From: Monocercomonoides exilis PA203
Lineage: Eukaryota > Protista > Preaxostyla
Reading direction: 5' to 3'
Length of the DNA stretch: 64,000 nt
Assembly (NCBI GenBank): GCA_001643675.2
Contig: LSRY02000028.1
Span: 744,001 to 808,000, forward strand
Shown: positions 23,949 to 36,014 of the stretch, one piece after another
Numbering within the stretch: position 1 is the first letter of the stretch
How the letters are laid out: each line of letters starts with the position of its first letter
Notes under the pieces: generated by a model
Told to the model about the DNA's origin: nothing
Seen by the model: the letters and a program-made list of their open reading frames with translations, nothing else
Database searches by the model: none
Program-made: the position numbers and the translations under genes

Positions 23949-24067
23949 TTTATTGTTTAATAATTTTTTGTAAAGAAGAATTTCACAATTATCAAACAAA
24001 CTTTCATGGAAAAGTTTGTTTGATAATTGTGAAATTCTTCTTTTCAAAAAATTATTTAAACAATAAA
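23949..24067. repeat. Near-perfect ~119-bp palindrome (arms ~56 bp, 6-nt loop CATGGA)
   Basis: Core AAAGAAGAATTTCACAATTATCAAACAAACTTT-CATGGA-AAAGTTTGTTTGATAATTGTGAAATTCTTCTTT is perfect; the outer arm has one mismatch and one indel. Confidence 0.93.
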
Positions 24068-24436
24068 TTATGTTTCTGTTTTCTTATCAAAATTAAAATT
24101 TCATTTTTGTTATGAATTATTGTTTTATTTGCTTAAACTATTCTGTAACTGCTGATATATAAAATGTTCATAGTTTGTATGGATTCTTTTTCTAGTTAAA
24201 AATTGAGATTCGTTAATGAATCAAATTTTTATTTGATAATAATTTTTCATTGCACAGAATGCAACTGGAATTTCAATTAATGCAAAGAATCCTCCCACAA
24301 GTTTGATAAAGATGTTAAACACGCAAATCAAACGGTTTTTATCTATCTTTCATTTAAATGCTATATTATTCTATTAAAATGTTAAATTTCTATTTTTAAG
24401 CTTAGAAAGTTTGCTGCATATTTCAGAGCACATTTT

Positions 24437-25261
24437 GTGAAATATCCTACAATACGGGACTGCGAAACAGACTCTTTAGAAGAAGAAATGGATATTCAGC
24501 TGAATGATGTGAAATACCAGAGTGAGACGCTATTTGTATCTTCTGCTGATAAAAACTGGGAAGACAGCAAGCAATGCGGAGAGTTTCGTTTTCCTTGTGA
24601 GTCATTAGATGTTGGAATGCAATACATCATCCCTTCGCGCAATTCGTAGCTGTTGATATAAGGGGAAATGATCATCAATGGAGAAAGCAGTGCGTTGAAT
24701 GTTATTGTGCGCTCCCTTGAATCTATTTCATCTGCTTTGGTTCATCTGAACTCAACAATTGTTAGTGACGAGGGAAGCATCATCACAACAACAGGGATTG
24801 TTCGGATTGAAAGATTGAAATTCAACTTTGATCAGTCATTTTCCTATTCAGGCGGTTCTCTTATCCATGAAACAAATGGTCAATTATCTCTTTCATTTGT
24901 TGATTTTTCTTCAGTTGGTGAGTCAAACAGCATTCTATCTGTCTCACTCAACTCATCATTGCTGAGCGTCGAAAATGGAATTGTGCATGTTGACAACTGC
25001 TCAATAACAATGCTATCATTCAAGAAATCATTGTTTCTGTTTTGTGGAGATGAAATATCATTGATAAATGTGAAGCTGGAACAGGTTGAATTAACAAGAA
25101 ATGTTGTTGAGATTGGGCAATGTGGAAATGCTGTGCTGAATGGAATTGATGCCGATGGAGTGAAATTGTCTGAAGGTTGCATCATTTCGATTGACAGTTC
25201 GACTTCGGGAAGTGTTTCAGTTGGAAGCTCCTCATTCAAGAACTGCTCGAGAAATTCGTAA
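24437..25261 (+). pseudogene. Fragment of a related surface-protein family gene, truncated at a CTT microsatellite (cargo)
   Basis: ORFs 24437-24649 and 24668-25261 share a frame with a TAG between them. Motif LFVSS...D...CG...PC.SL..G and beta-strand-like repeats resemble the 20440-23868 and 48365-53320 proteins. Confidence 0.6.
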
Positions 25262-25283
25262 GGAGCTTCTGTTCTTAAAGTGT

Positions 25284-25410
25284 TTCTTCTTCTTCTTCTT
25301 CTTCTTCTTCTTCTTCTTCTTCTTCCTTTTCATCTTCCTCTTCCTCCTCTTCCTCCTCTTCTTTTTCATCATCATCTTCTTCTCCTTCTTCTTCTCCTCT
25401 TTCTTCTCCT
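25284..25410. repeat. (CTT)n/(CTC)n low-complexity tract
   Basis: Directly visible. Confidence 0.85.
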
Positions 25411-25576
25411 GATTCATTAAACACTCCAATTTCACAACATTTCATTCCAATTTGTTCAAAACAATATTTGTCTTATTCTTCTTCACCTTCTTCACCTTCT
25501 TATTTTCTGTTATTTACTCAGAAATAAGCAAAAAGAAGACAAAACATTCTCAATGTTAACTATATATTTGTAACTT

Positions 25577-28500
25577 TCAAAAAAATTTTTGAAAGAGAAT
25601 GAATGTGAAAAGAAACAAGTGATGGAAGGAGAATGAGGTTAATAGATGAAACAAAATCAAGTTAAGAAGAAAAATTGAAAACATAAAAATCGATAAGTGA
25701 AGAATAGAAGAGGAAAAATAGAAAGAGGAGTAGGAGGAAGAGGAAGAACAATTAGAAAAAGAATACGAAAAGGAGGATGTCAATGCCAATGAAGAACATA
25801 GCAAGGCTTTGCTATTAACTCCCTCCTCATGCCACCGTCTGCAGAAACCGCACCACTCGCTGCCCATCCTCCAAAGGAAAATCAAAGCAGATCGCCTTTT
25901 TTTGAGTCGTTCTTCCACAGCTTCAGCCGCAACAGCCCTCGCAGCAGCCGCACCATCTGGAACAACGCCTACCGCCATTCTTTCTTCTCCACCACCGATT
26001 GTATAATCTCCACTGGTAGCTTCAGCCCAATCCATTCCCCAGCCACCTTCGATACTGCATAAAGCTCCTGCTTTAAGTTGTCCAGTGTATCTTTCTGTCT
26101 TCATAATCTCATTGTTCAAAGACTGCAGATGAGGATTTCGCAGATCAGCTTCGTCACAAACATCCAGAAGCTGCTTCTATCCTGAAGTTCAGTAAAAACG
26201 CAGGAAACACAGATATTTCAGCAAATCTCTTCTCCGATTGTATCTCCTCAAGCAACCAAAAGACACTTCAATTTTTTCTCGATACAACTTCAAGCACCGT
26301 CAAGTTGTTAGGAAAACTGCATTTCACCTTCAATTTACTCCTTCCGGAACAGCTCTTCCCCAAACATCCTCGCCAACCACACAATTTATTTCTTCAATTT
26401 CAACAAGAATTTCTCCCCCAATCATATATAAATAAAGTCCACATGGACCTGCCTTGGAAGCACCACACCTTCCCACCCAGCGCTGCCATTGCCCAGGTCT
26501 GCCGCTATCTTGTCTCTAAATATTCCCTGGATCATCGACAGCGTCCGCGCCAGCTTCTGTCGCAGCCCGGTCTTTAGCGGCATCAGCAGCATCTGCATCG
26601 GAACTGACGACCTCCGCGTTTGTGGCAACCGAAACGCATGCATCGCTTCGTATTCCACATGCACCATCAAAACAGAGACCGTTTTTATCGGATGCTCCAT
26701 CATCATCTGTACTTCCAGTAAAGATTTACCACCTGTATCAGATTTCTCAACCCCGTTACACTCAACAACTTCACAATCCACTCCGACTCTTCACAGTCTC
26801 TGCGGTTAGTCTTCTGCTTAAGAAGCGTATGCAGCCGCTGCACAACACTCGTCTTCCCTTCCTTTTTGTTTACTTCTATTGGTACTTCTGTTGACATCCA
26901 ATCTTCGTCCTTTCTCTTTGGTTCTTTTCACTGCAACACCTGAATCTCACACAGCGCACATGCATCTCTTTCTTCTTCATTTTCACCCTCCTCCGCTTCC
27001 TAATGTTCTCCGCCTCTGTTTCTGTTCCTCCTCCTTTTTATCCTCGACCCGTCCTTCGCACTGACCCATTTCTCCTCTGTCACACCTTCCCTTCCACTAA
27101 CAAGTTTTCCACTCCCCGTCTTCTCTTCCAGCACCTTCACCTGCCCAGCCTGATATTCCATTGTCTCTTCATACAACACCTTCATTTTGATTATCTCATG
27201 CTTCTTTTGCGCAATCTCTGACTTCTGCTTCTCAATTGACTCCTTGAACAGCATCTTCTGCTTGCTTGTCGTCAGCACATGCACTTTTCACACAGCCCCA
27301 ACGGCAGAATCAAGGAAATCAAAGATGGAACCGCCAGCCATACGCATAAATTAATGAAGAAGATATGGAAATTGTAACCCCCCAACCCACAAGTTTCCGC
27401 TTGCCATCCACGCTCACCACTCCTCTTTGCTGAGCCCAGCACTTCTTCTCCTTCACCTGCTTCACTTCTTTCACCTCTGTGTTGTGCTTCTCGCTCAGCT
27501 CTGGAATCTTCCTCTGATTCATCCCAGATGATCTTATCCTTCTCCTACAGCTGCTCTGCCAGCCCACTCATCCACTTCGCCTCCTTTTCCTTTCCAACTT
27601 CTTCTTCTTCTTATCTTTCTTCCGGCAAATTCAGCGCAATCGCTGTAGGCGACAGAACCAGCAGTTCCATCATTGCGCAGAAGAAGAAAAATAGAAAAGA
27701 AAACATCTAAATCAACCCGAAGAAGACTTAACATCTTACGGAACGCAGATGATGCAACTATTTGATACACAGAACGATTCCTTGGACAGATCCGAAATTT
27801 AATTCTCTTCTTGGCAATTATCGAATATGCCAGAGTTAACAACCAAATCGTCCATTCCTTGTTGTAGACTCGGCAGATTACACACTTCATTTTTATTTCA
27901 ATATCAACAAAAAACTTTAATGAATCACAGCATCTTCAATTGCAGCAAACTCGTCTATCGTCTCTCTCTCTCTCTGTGTCCGAATTGAAAATAAACAATT
28001 TCCCATCAAATGTCAAACGCAAATTCTGCACAAGACTTTTCACTTTTCACTCATCTCTCTTCAATAAACAATCTCCTCTCTCTTTTTCTCCCACTTCTCT
28101 TCTCAACTCTCTCCTCCAAAACAGCCTCTCCCCAATAAACGTGACACACATCTCACCGTCCTATTGTATTATCCTCTTTACAATTGTCTTCCCCACAAAC
28201 CCCTCCCACTCTACACGCATCTCCTTCTTCTCTCCAATCACTTTTATCATAATATGATTGTCCCGCTTGCTTCCAAACGAATAACAAAAACAAGCGTCAC
28301 ACTCCTTGGATGAGTATGTACACTATGCAAAAATTCATCATCCAAAATCTGTCCTTCCTCTTCCTCTTCTCTGAAATCTTCTCTCTCATCAACCAGCTTC
28401 TTCCTTTTTTCTCTTTCGTAACCTCCATTGAACTCCATGCCTCTGCCTGTCAACAACCTCATCTTCCTCAAAGTGCTCTACACTCAAGAAGGAGAGAATG

Positions 28501-31500
28501 AGAAATGAGTAATTACAGAAACTGATTAACAAGCAAACAAAAAAAAAAAAATAAAAAAGAAGAAGAAGCAAAAGCTTACGCAGAAGATGGTTACGAATCA
28601 GAACTAAAGACAAAGACTGATGCAAAATCAAAATCAACAGTTGTTACAAGCTGTGGAGAAGATGGTGAAGGGTAAGAAAGCCTTTACTCGCTCAGCAGCC
28701 AGCACGAATGCAGATGTCCATTCAGAAGCATTCATCTGTTTATTTGACAAGCTAAAGAACAAGGTCACATCAATCCGGTTTCACGCATAGCAACATGGTG
28801 ATTGAGCTCGAGCCTGTCGATCAGCACACTTTCATTTACCATAAGATCTACACAGCAACCTTAAATAATTCAATCACTGGAATTTTATCTTGTTGAACTC
28901 TTTCTCTCGATTCGCAACTGGCTGCTCCGCTTCACTAGCATCACTAAAGGAGGCACACATGCAAGAAGAAGAAAAGGAGTGAGAGATGGATGGAGAGTAT
29001 GCTTGTATGGATCGAGCAGCAGATGATGAAAGAGGAAATAATTTTGAATGTGTTCGTTGATCGAAAGAATTCACACAAACTGGAAATTGTCTAATTGCAA
29101 GCTGCAAGACACATCGCATCAGAAGGATTCAATTTTGCACAGAATGAAATATCTTTCAATCTCAATTAACGTGATCTTTTGGTCAAACTGCTCTGAAGGC
29201 ACTTCAAATGCTCTTTTTGAATATCTTCCACAAAAAATGCCTGACAAAAAGAAGAAATCGAAGAAGAAAGCCAAAAGAGAAGACGAATACTGTGTATTAT
29301 TTTTCCAAATGAATAGTTCCCAGAGGGAACAAGCTGTTTGAAGAAATTCAGTCGATTGTCAGACGCTCGTCTTGCATGTTGAACACAGGAAATGTTGCTT
29401 CATCGCTAAGAGCTTCTTCTTCTTCTTCTTTTATTAATTCTTCCTCTTCGTATTCTCTTTTTCCTTCATTTGAAATGAAATATGCAAAAAGAAGACAACA
29501 CGTATCAAGATTATTGAAATGCTTGCTTAGAGCGATAAGTACTATGAAAGAAAATGAAGGTGATAATAATCAGGAAATGGAAGATGAAAAAAGGATGATT
29601 GACGGAACGGAAGGAAATGCAGAAAAAAAAACAATTTATTTCTCAAAGAATAAGCAAAAATTTGAAACGATATGATTGGAAGAAGAGGAAGAATGAGAAA
29701 AAGAAGATTTATGTGATGAAAATGGCAAAGCTGATGAAAATGTGGATAGATAAATTGAATGATCTATCTCTTCAAATGCACACTCAAAGGCTTTCTCACT
29801 CGGAACCTGTTTGTGTTGTGCTGAAGAAGCAGAAGCAGAAGATGTTGATGAAGCATGACAAGACGTATGCTTTTTCAACATCTTCATCTGTCAATTTATC
29901 GCTTTGCGAATTGCATCACGCGCTGCCGTCCTCAAGTGGCAGCCACAATCATATCGCATCTTCCACTTAATTTCAATTCATCTGCAGCCCTAACAGCTCC
30001 ACCAGATATGCCAGCATACACTTCATCCGAAACAATGCCTGCAACACATCTTTTCTTCTCCACCTCCTATTTCTCAAAACCTTCACTCTCAGCTTCAGTC
30101 CAACCTCAATTTTACCTGTACGACTTCACCTACGATTCCTTCGAATATTTCTTTCAGACCGTTTCATCGAGCTCCAACTCTTTGCCTAATCAAATCGCTC
30201 TGAAATCAAACTGCATCTGAAGCACTTTCCAGTCAGCCACATTGTATTCATCCGGTTGGCTCAAGCGCATCGTGTGAAAGTTGTAACGATGACTCACATC
30301 CCCAGCACCGAATCAAATGATGGAAGACGCAACACAGACAACTAGAATACATCTAAAAAGATCCGCAGCTACAGCTATAGCTGCATTGGCAGCTGAAAGT
30401 TCAGAAAGAAAAAAGGTTCCATTTCATCATTCGCATCGCTTCAACAAGCCCCACAAAATGATGATGAGAATGTTTCTGTGATGAAATCGATGGATCTCCG
30501 CAGCATATCACATCAGATTCCATCTTCATCGTCTTTTTCCGATAAGCTGCTCCTCCGCTTCAATTATTCAGTTGAAACACTGAATACTGCTTGCCTGCAC
30601 CAGCCTCCAGCCCCACCTTCACAAACCTCAGCCCACTCATCCCAAGCGCCTCCACAACCAGCGGCGCAATCGCTTCTTCCACCTTCCCCTGGTTCTCTTT
30701 GATTCTCTCCACAAACTCTCTGTGCGCTGTCGGATACCCGTTTTTCTCCTCGTTCCCATCACCTTCCTCTGCCTCTTCCCGCTCCTCCAGCACCGCCAGC
30801 ACAATCTCCTCAGGCAACAGAACCACATTCTCCATCCTCAACCAAACCGCCTCCATTCTCTTCTCCACAATCTCCCACACTTCACATGCTGCAACCCTTC
30901 GCCCCATCACTTCATCACTTCATCTTCCAGCTTCACCACTACACGCATCGAATGTGGTGATAGTCATATCTGCAGCGACGGGTCAAACAGATCGTAAATC
31001 GACGGGAACGCAATCACATCTGCTGCCGCAAAGATCCGCTTGCTCCCCGACTTCGTGTTCACCGAAGCTGCAAGCGATGGAAGTGGCGCTATCAGCGGAA
31101 CCGAAAGCATCTCCAAAAGCGCAACATCGTACGCACACACAACACCCCCACGCAACACCGCCTGACACATAAAAGCATGTCCCTCAAGGAGTCTGATGCT
31201 CTCTCAGCAACCGCTTCTCGATATCATCCATCGCTCCTGCCGATGTGTATGATGCCGCCACCTCCGATGCATCCGAAGGGTCAATCAAATGTGCTGATGA
31301 CGAAGATGATGGCTGATCATCTCCTGCCGCTTTTTTCTCTGTGCTTCTCCTCCTCCGGAATTGCGAAGTTGATTGGAATGCTGATCCAATTTATGAAATT
31401 GAAGAAGACGTAGGCGCTGAGCGAAGAGACGACTGCTTAACTGGCTGCACAACAAGAAGTTTGATGAGACATTTCCTATAATGTCAGTCAGAAGTTCCAC

Positions 31501-31690
31501 CCGAAGAGCTGATAGCATTCACATTTGTATCAGAATGGACGACCAGTTGAAAAAGCCTGCTTTTTTCGTACAATTTGAAAGGAATGAAGCAGGATATCTT
31601 TCGATAATGTGTCAATATAAAATGGAAGGGAGAAGGAAAAGGCACATTCTGAGGTGAAAGAAATTTGATGATACAAACTGTATGAATCAA
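25577..31690. other. Mosaic of degraded, unidentified host-gene-like fragments within the transposon cargo
   Basis: GC-richer patches with short broken ORFs on both strands (e.g. 26422-26781, 27000-27284, 30560-30910). No intact ORF over 200 aa and no recognisable domain. Confidence 0.4.
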
Positions 31691-32161
31691 AATAAGAGAA
31701 AAGATTGTTTATTAAAGTTTGTTATAAATGGTGATTTATTTTGAAAATAAACATATCTAACTTCAATTTTTTACAATAACATTAATAACTGCTCTGTATT
31801 AACAACTTTTTGAATTTCTATTAATTGCAACTTGGACATTATCGATGAAATTTTTTCATTTAATAATTTCTAATATAATTAATCAAACAAAAGCAAGAAA
31901 AAATCTATTTGTTTTATAAAACAGGAAAATAATTACTGTGGAGTCTCAATTCAAAAAATTAAAACATTTGAACGAACTGTTGAAATGAAAACAAAGTAAT
32001 ATGAACAATTTATTTAGTTGTTTCAAAAAACAAGAAAATAATACAAAATATCATTAAAATGATTATATAGCGAAAATAATATATGAAATCTATTTTAATA
32101 AAACGCAACATTTGGGAATAGGGTGACAAAACTCAATTGAATAATTCTCAGTAATAAATGA

Positions 32162-32249
32162 TGGTTACGGAATGATCAACATTTTCTGATCATTTGTGAT
32201 CTGATTTTCAGATCAATTAATATTTTGTGACTTTTCAAAAAAAATACCC
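32162..32249 (-). repeat. Right terminal inverted repeat (88 bp)
   Basis: Reverse complement of 6985-7073 with T8 versus T9 and one A/T mismatch; followed by the AGAT TSD. Confidence 0.93.
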
Positions 32250-32465
32250 AGATAAAAGCACAAATGACATATTTTTTTGAAAAAGTTTATTTTGAATAAT
32301 TATCAAAAATTAAATGTGAGATCATTTTTTCTTCAAACTTTTTTTCCAATTCAAAAAACTTCTCCAGTACGAAAGAAGATGTATGAAAATGTTATCATTT
32401 CCATTCTGGTGAAATTTGATGAGTTGGAATGAAAATTTGATGGAAATAAACTTTATTCATTTTTA

Positions 32466-32466
<1 letters not shown>

Positions 32467-32514
<48 letters not shown>
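32467..32514. repeat. Poly(A) homopolymer (~48 nt)
   Basis: Directly visible. Confidence 0.9.
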
Positions 32515-32516
<2 letters not shown>

Positions 32517-32664
32517 GTTTATGTTCATATTTAACTTGCAATTTCGATATGAAAAAACATAATCGAAAATCCATTTGTTCATTTTGAAAGAAACAGGATA
32601 ATCTGTAAAAAATTATGTTTATTTCATCATATTTTGTGTTATCGTTTTGACCCATTATAATAAA

Positions 32665-34911
32665 ATGAGAATCCCCCATTTCCTGATTTCTGTGTTTAGC
32701 AAGCATCAGACAAGAACAAAAACATCAAGCAAGTGCTGGCTGTTTGTTATTATTTTTGGTATGCATTGCGCATGCAACAACGATAATCTTGCCGATTGCG
32801 TTAATCCACTAATGGGATCAGTCTCACAGATTCTTGAACCTACGGTTCCAACCATCCATTTACCAAATGGAATGGTTCGACTAGTCCCTGTGAAAAGCGA
32901 ATCAAACCCAGAATTGACGAGTTCATTTCCGCGTTTCCTTACCTCACATCGCGGTGCTTATGTTTTTGACATTGGATGCACGCAGCACCCATCTCTGGGC
33001 ACTCAAGGATCATTCTCATTCGAGCACGACGAAGAAATCTTTCGACCTTATTTATACTCTGCTTATATAGTAGATGAAGAATTCGATCTGCGCGTTGCAC
33101 CGTGCTATCAGTCTGCCATTTTCGAGATGACTTTTTCAGGAAACCATCAAAAGAGCATCACCATCAGAGGGAGTAGGGTATCAAAAATATCGGAAAACAC
33201 CATTTCTGTTAGCGAGCGGGTCAATGTTGCTCATTACTTATATGGACAGGTTGATCCTCAACCACTTCAAATCGACATAGATGAATCACACATTGTTCTG
33301 AAATACGGCGAAGATGTTAAAAAGGTTAGCTTACGTTGTGGGATATCTTTGATCAGCGCAGAGCAAGCAAAGACAAATCTTGAACGTGAAATCAAAACTT
33401 TTGATCTGGATGCTGTTGCTGCTTTTGGTAAGGAAGAATGGAATAAAGCTTTGGGGAAAATAAAAGTTGTAGGGGGAACCGAACAAGATAGGGCTGTGCT
33501 TTACACATCAATGTATCGAATATGCGAGCGCATGGTGTGCATTTCCGAAGACGGAAAGTATTATTCTGGATTTGATGGAAACATACACGAAGATAAAGGA
33601 GTTCATTTTTATACTGACGATTGGATTTGGGACACTTTTCGCGGAGCGCATCCATTGCGCGTGCTGATTGAAAGTAAAAAAGAAAATGACATGATTTATT
33701 CTTATTTGAGAATGGCAGAGCAGTCAGATGATGGATGGCTTCCTACATTTCCAGAGGTGAATGGTGATTCACACAGAATGAATGGCAAGCATTGCATCGC
33801 AATGATGTGGGATGCGTACTGCAAAGGAATGTGCGGCTTCAACCTTACCGAAGCGTTTTTGGTCTCAAACAAGACTCAGATGGAGGCTACTCTTATTCCA
33901 TGGAAAAGGCAAAGCAGGACTGATCTTGATGCATTCTTTGCAGAGAACGACTATTATCCAGGTTTGAGGGAGGATGAAAGCGAAACTTGTTGGGAGGTAG
34001 GAGATGAATTGAGACAATGTGTAGCTATTTCTCAAGCAGCGTCTTATGACAACTGGTGTATTGCTCAGATGGCAAAAGCTTTAGGAAGTGATTACAAGAA
34101 GGAGTATCGCATTTTCATGCGCCGTGCATTCAATTACAGGGCGCTATTCAAACCAGACACGAAGTTCTTCCATCCGCGCGATAAAGAAGGGAGGTGGATA
34201 ATGCCATTTGACTACCGCATGTCTGGCGGGTACGGCGGTCGGATGTACTACGATGAAAACAACGGATGGACTTACCGCTGGGATGTGCAACATGCTCCAG
34301 CTGATTTGGTTTCATTGATGGGCGGAGATGCTTCTTTTGCGGATGCAATGGATTCAATGTTTAAAGAGCCCTTGGGAACATCTCGGCCAAACTTCTGGGG
34401 TCAGTGGCCAGATCAGACGGCGAACGTGGGGCAATTTACAATGGCAAATGAGTGTTCAATGCATATACCATGGTATTATAATCACGCCTTGCATCCATGG
34501 AAGACGCAGAAAATGGTTCACTGCATGCTGAAGGAGTGGTTCCGAAACGACATCATGGGCGTTCCAGGAGATGAAGATGGAGGTGGACTTTCTGCGTTTG
34601 CTGTGTTTTCTTCTATTGGCTTTTATCCTTTCACTCCGGGAATTCCTGCATATCTAATTGGCTCTCCTTTGTTTGAAGAAGTTCAGGTCAAAATGGAAAA
34701 CGGAAAAACATTCACCATTAAAGCTGAAGGAGTTTCCGAATATAACAAATATATACAGAGCGCGACTCTTAATGGAAAGACATACAATAAATGCTTTATC
34801 TCTCATTGGGATGTAGTGAAAGGCTCAACGCTCGTTTTAAAGATGGGTGATAAACCAAACAAAAACTGGGGGATAGAAGAGCGTCCACCATCTTCGGAAC
34901 AACTAAGTTGA
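32665..34911 (+). CDS. Glycoside hydrolase family 92 (alpha-1,2-mannosidase-like), intronless, probably secreted
   Basis: 748-aa ORF from the first ATG. GH92 motifs WIWDTFRGAHPL, YYDENNGWTYRWDVQH, NECSMHIPWYY, GVPGDEDGGGLSAFAVFSSIGFYP and YIQSATLNGK; hydrophobic N-terminal segment. Confidence 0.93.
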   Translation: MRIPHFLISVFSKHQTRTKTSSKCWLFVIIFGMHCACNNDNLADCVNPLMGSVSQILEPTVPTIHLPNGMVRLVPVKSESNPELTSSFPRFLTSHRGAYVFDIGCTQHPSLGTQGSFSFEHDEEIFRPYLYSAYIVDEEFDLRVAPCYQSAIFEMTFSGNHQKSITIRGSRVSKISENTISVSERVNVAHYLYGQVDPQPLQIDIDESHIVLKYGEDVKKVSLRCGISLISAEQAKTNLEREIKTFDLDAVAAFGKEEWNKALGKIKVVGGTEQDRAVLYTSMYRICERMVCISEDGKYYSGFDGNIHEDKGVHFYTDDWIWDTFRGAHPLRVLIESKKENDMIYSYLRMAEQSDDGWLPTFPEVNGDSHRMNGKHCIAMMWDAYCKGMCGFNLTEAFLVSNKTQMEATLIPWKRQSRTDLDAFFAENDYYPGLREDESETCWEVGDELRQCVAISQAASYDNWCIAQMAKALGSDYKKEYRIFMRRAFNYRALFKPDTKFFHPRDKEGRWIMPFDYRMSGGYGGRMYYDENNGWTYRWDVQHAPADLVSLMGGDASFADAMDSMFKEPLGTSRPNFWGQWPDQTANVGQFTMANECSMHIPWYYNHALHPWKTQKMVHCMLKEWFRNDIMGVPGDEDGGGLSAFAVFSSIGFYPFTPGIPAYLIGSPLFEEVQVKMENGKTFTIKAEGVSEYNKYIQSATLNGKTYNKCFISHWDVVKGSTLVLKMGDKPNKNWGIEERPPSSEQLS

Positions 34912-35154
34912 AATTATAAAATAAAATGAATTTTTGTTTGTAAATATTATATTATTGCTTTTTATGTTTGTTGATGCAATTTTGTGGTAATTACCATCTT
35001 ATTGCATAAGTAATATTGCATTTATGAGGAAAATATAAAAAAACAATGAAAGTTGAACTTTTATTTAAGAAATGAATTGCTCGCTATTGATGTTTTCAAA
35101 AATATCAAGTCAAAAAGATGCAGTTTGAAAAGAACACAACCAAAATAAATCAGT

Positions 35155-35768
35155 TTACGATGAAAGAGATGTAATATCAGAATCTCCTTGATCAATGCAG
35201 CACAAAGTTCCAACACGGAAGTATTTTCCGCAGGCTGTTCCCAAAGTAACATTGGCTGAAGAATAAAAAAATGTTTTCACAAATTCACAAGAACAAATTT
35301 CATTATTAAACAAAATGAATGATATAAAATTAATTTCATCAAACTTCCATTATAATGATGAACTGAGATGCGGGCGAGCATTGCATAATATTCAATTTCA
35401 GCTTTGCGCAGGGGTGGAATGTTGCTGCTGATCAAAACAACTTTTGCTGTAATAAAAAAATAGATCATATGCATGTGCGTTATAATTCAAACAGCATATT
35501 AAAAATCACATAAATCCATATATTATATGTTTTTCTGTTGAGCAAAAATAAAAGATAAAAGCAAACCTTTTCCCTTCCTGATTGTGTCAAGAGTTTGCTT
35601 GTATCCAAGGACATATTTTCCACTCTTTATCATAAGAGCAATTTTTGAGTTGATACCCTCCTGTTGACGTTTCTACAAAAACCAGAAATAGATTTGTAAC
35701 AAAACAAAGTGTAAAAAAGAAATAAATGACTTTTTCAAATGACGTACTGTTTTAACTACTTGCGACAT
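35155..35768 (-). CDS. RPL30: 60S ribosomal protein eL30 (4 exons)
   Basis: Spliced translation MSQVVKT|[36 protein letters not shown]|[33 protein letters not shown]|[33 protein letters not shown], a classic L30e signature, with three GT-AG introns. Confidence 0.96.
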
Positions 35769-36014
35769 GAATGCCTAATCGAAAAGCAAAAAAATTAGCT
35801 CGTTATACTTATTAATAACATCAAATAACAGACTTTTTAGCGAGCAAAAATGATCTGATTGACCAGTTATGGTTCTTCCCATTTATTAGAAGTGTTATTC
35901 TGAGATAATACTTCTCTTGCTTAATTAGGGTTAAAAGTTACTAATAATTAAGCAGGTTATTTTTTTAAAAATTAATAAAATCCACTTCATCCGAAAAAAC
36001 TATTTTTAACACAG

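Larger units (their letters stand above)
6985..32249 (+). mobile_element. Giant (25,265 bp) Sola2-like DNA transposon with internal satellite and captured host DNA
   Basis: TIRs at 6985-7073 and 32162-32249 differ by one T-run indel and one mismatch. Termini GGG...CCC; AGAT directly repeated at 6981-6984 and 32250-32253. A Sola2-like DDE gene starts 26 bp inside the left TIR. Confidence 0.85.

Noticed and set aside
32121-32249. Right TIR being the end of a separate small MITE starting at GGGTGAC 32121
   Set aside because: That sequence does not match the TIR and its flank (AATA) does not match AGAT, whereas the 6985 end matches in both.
35925-35930. Telomeric TTAGGG
   Set aside because: Single copy; expected by chance.
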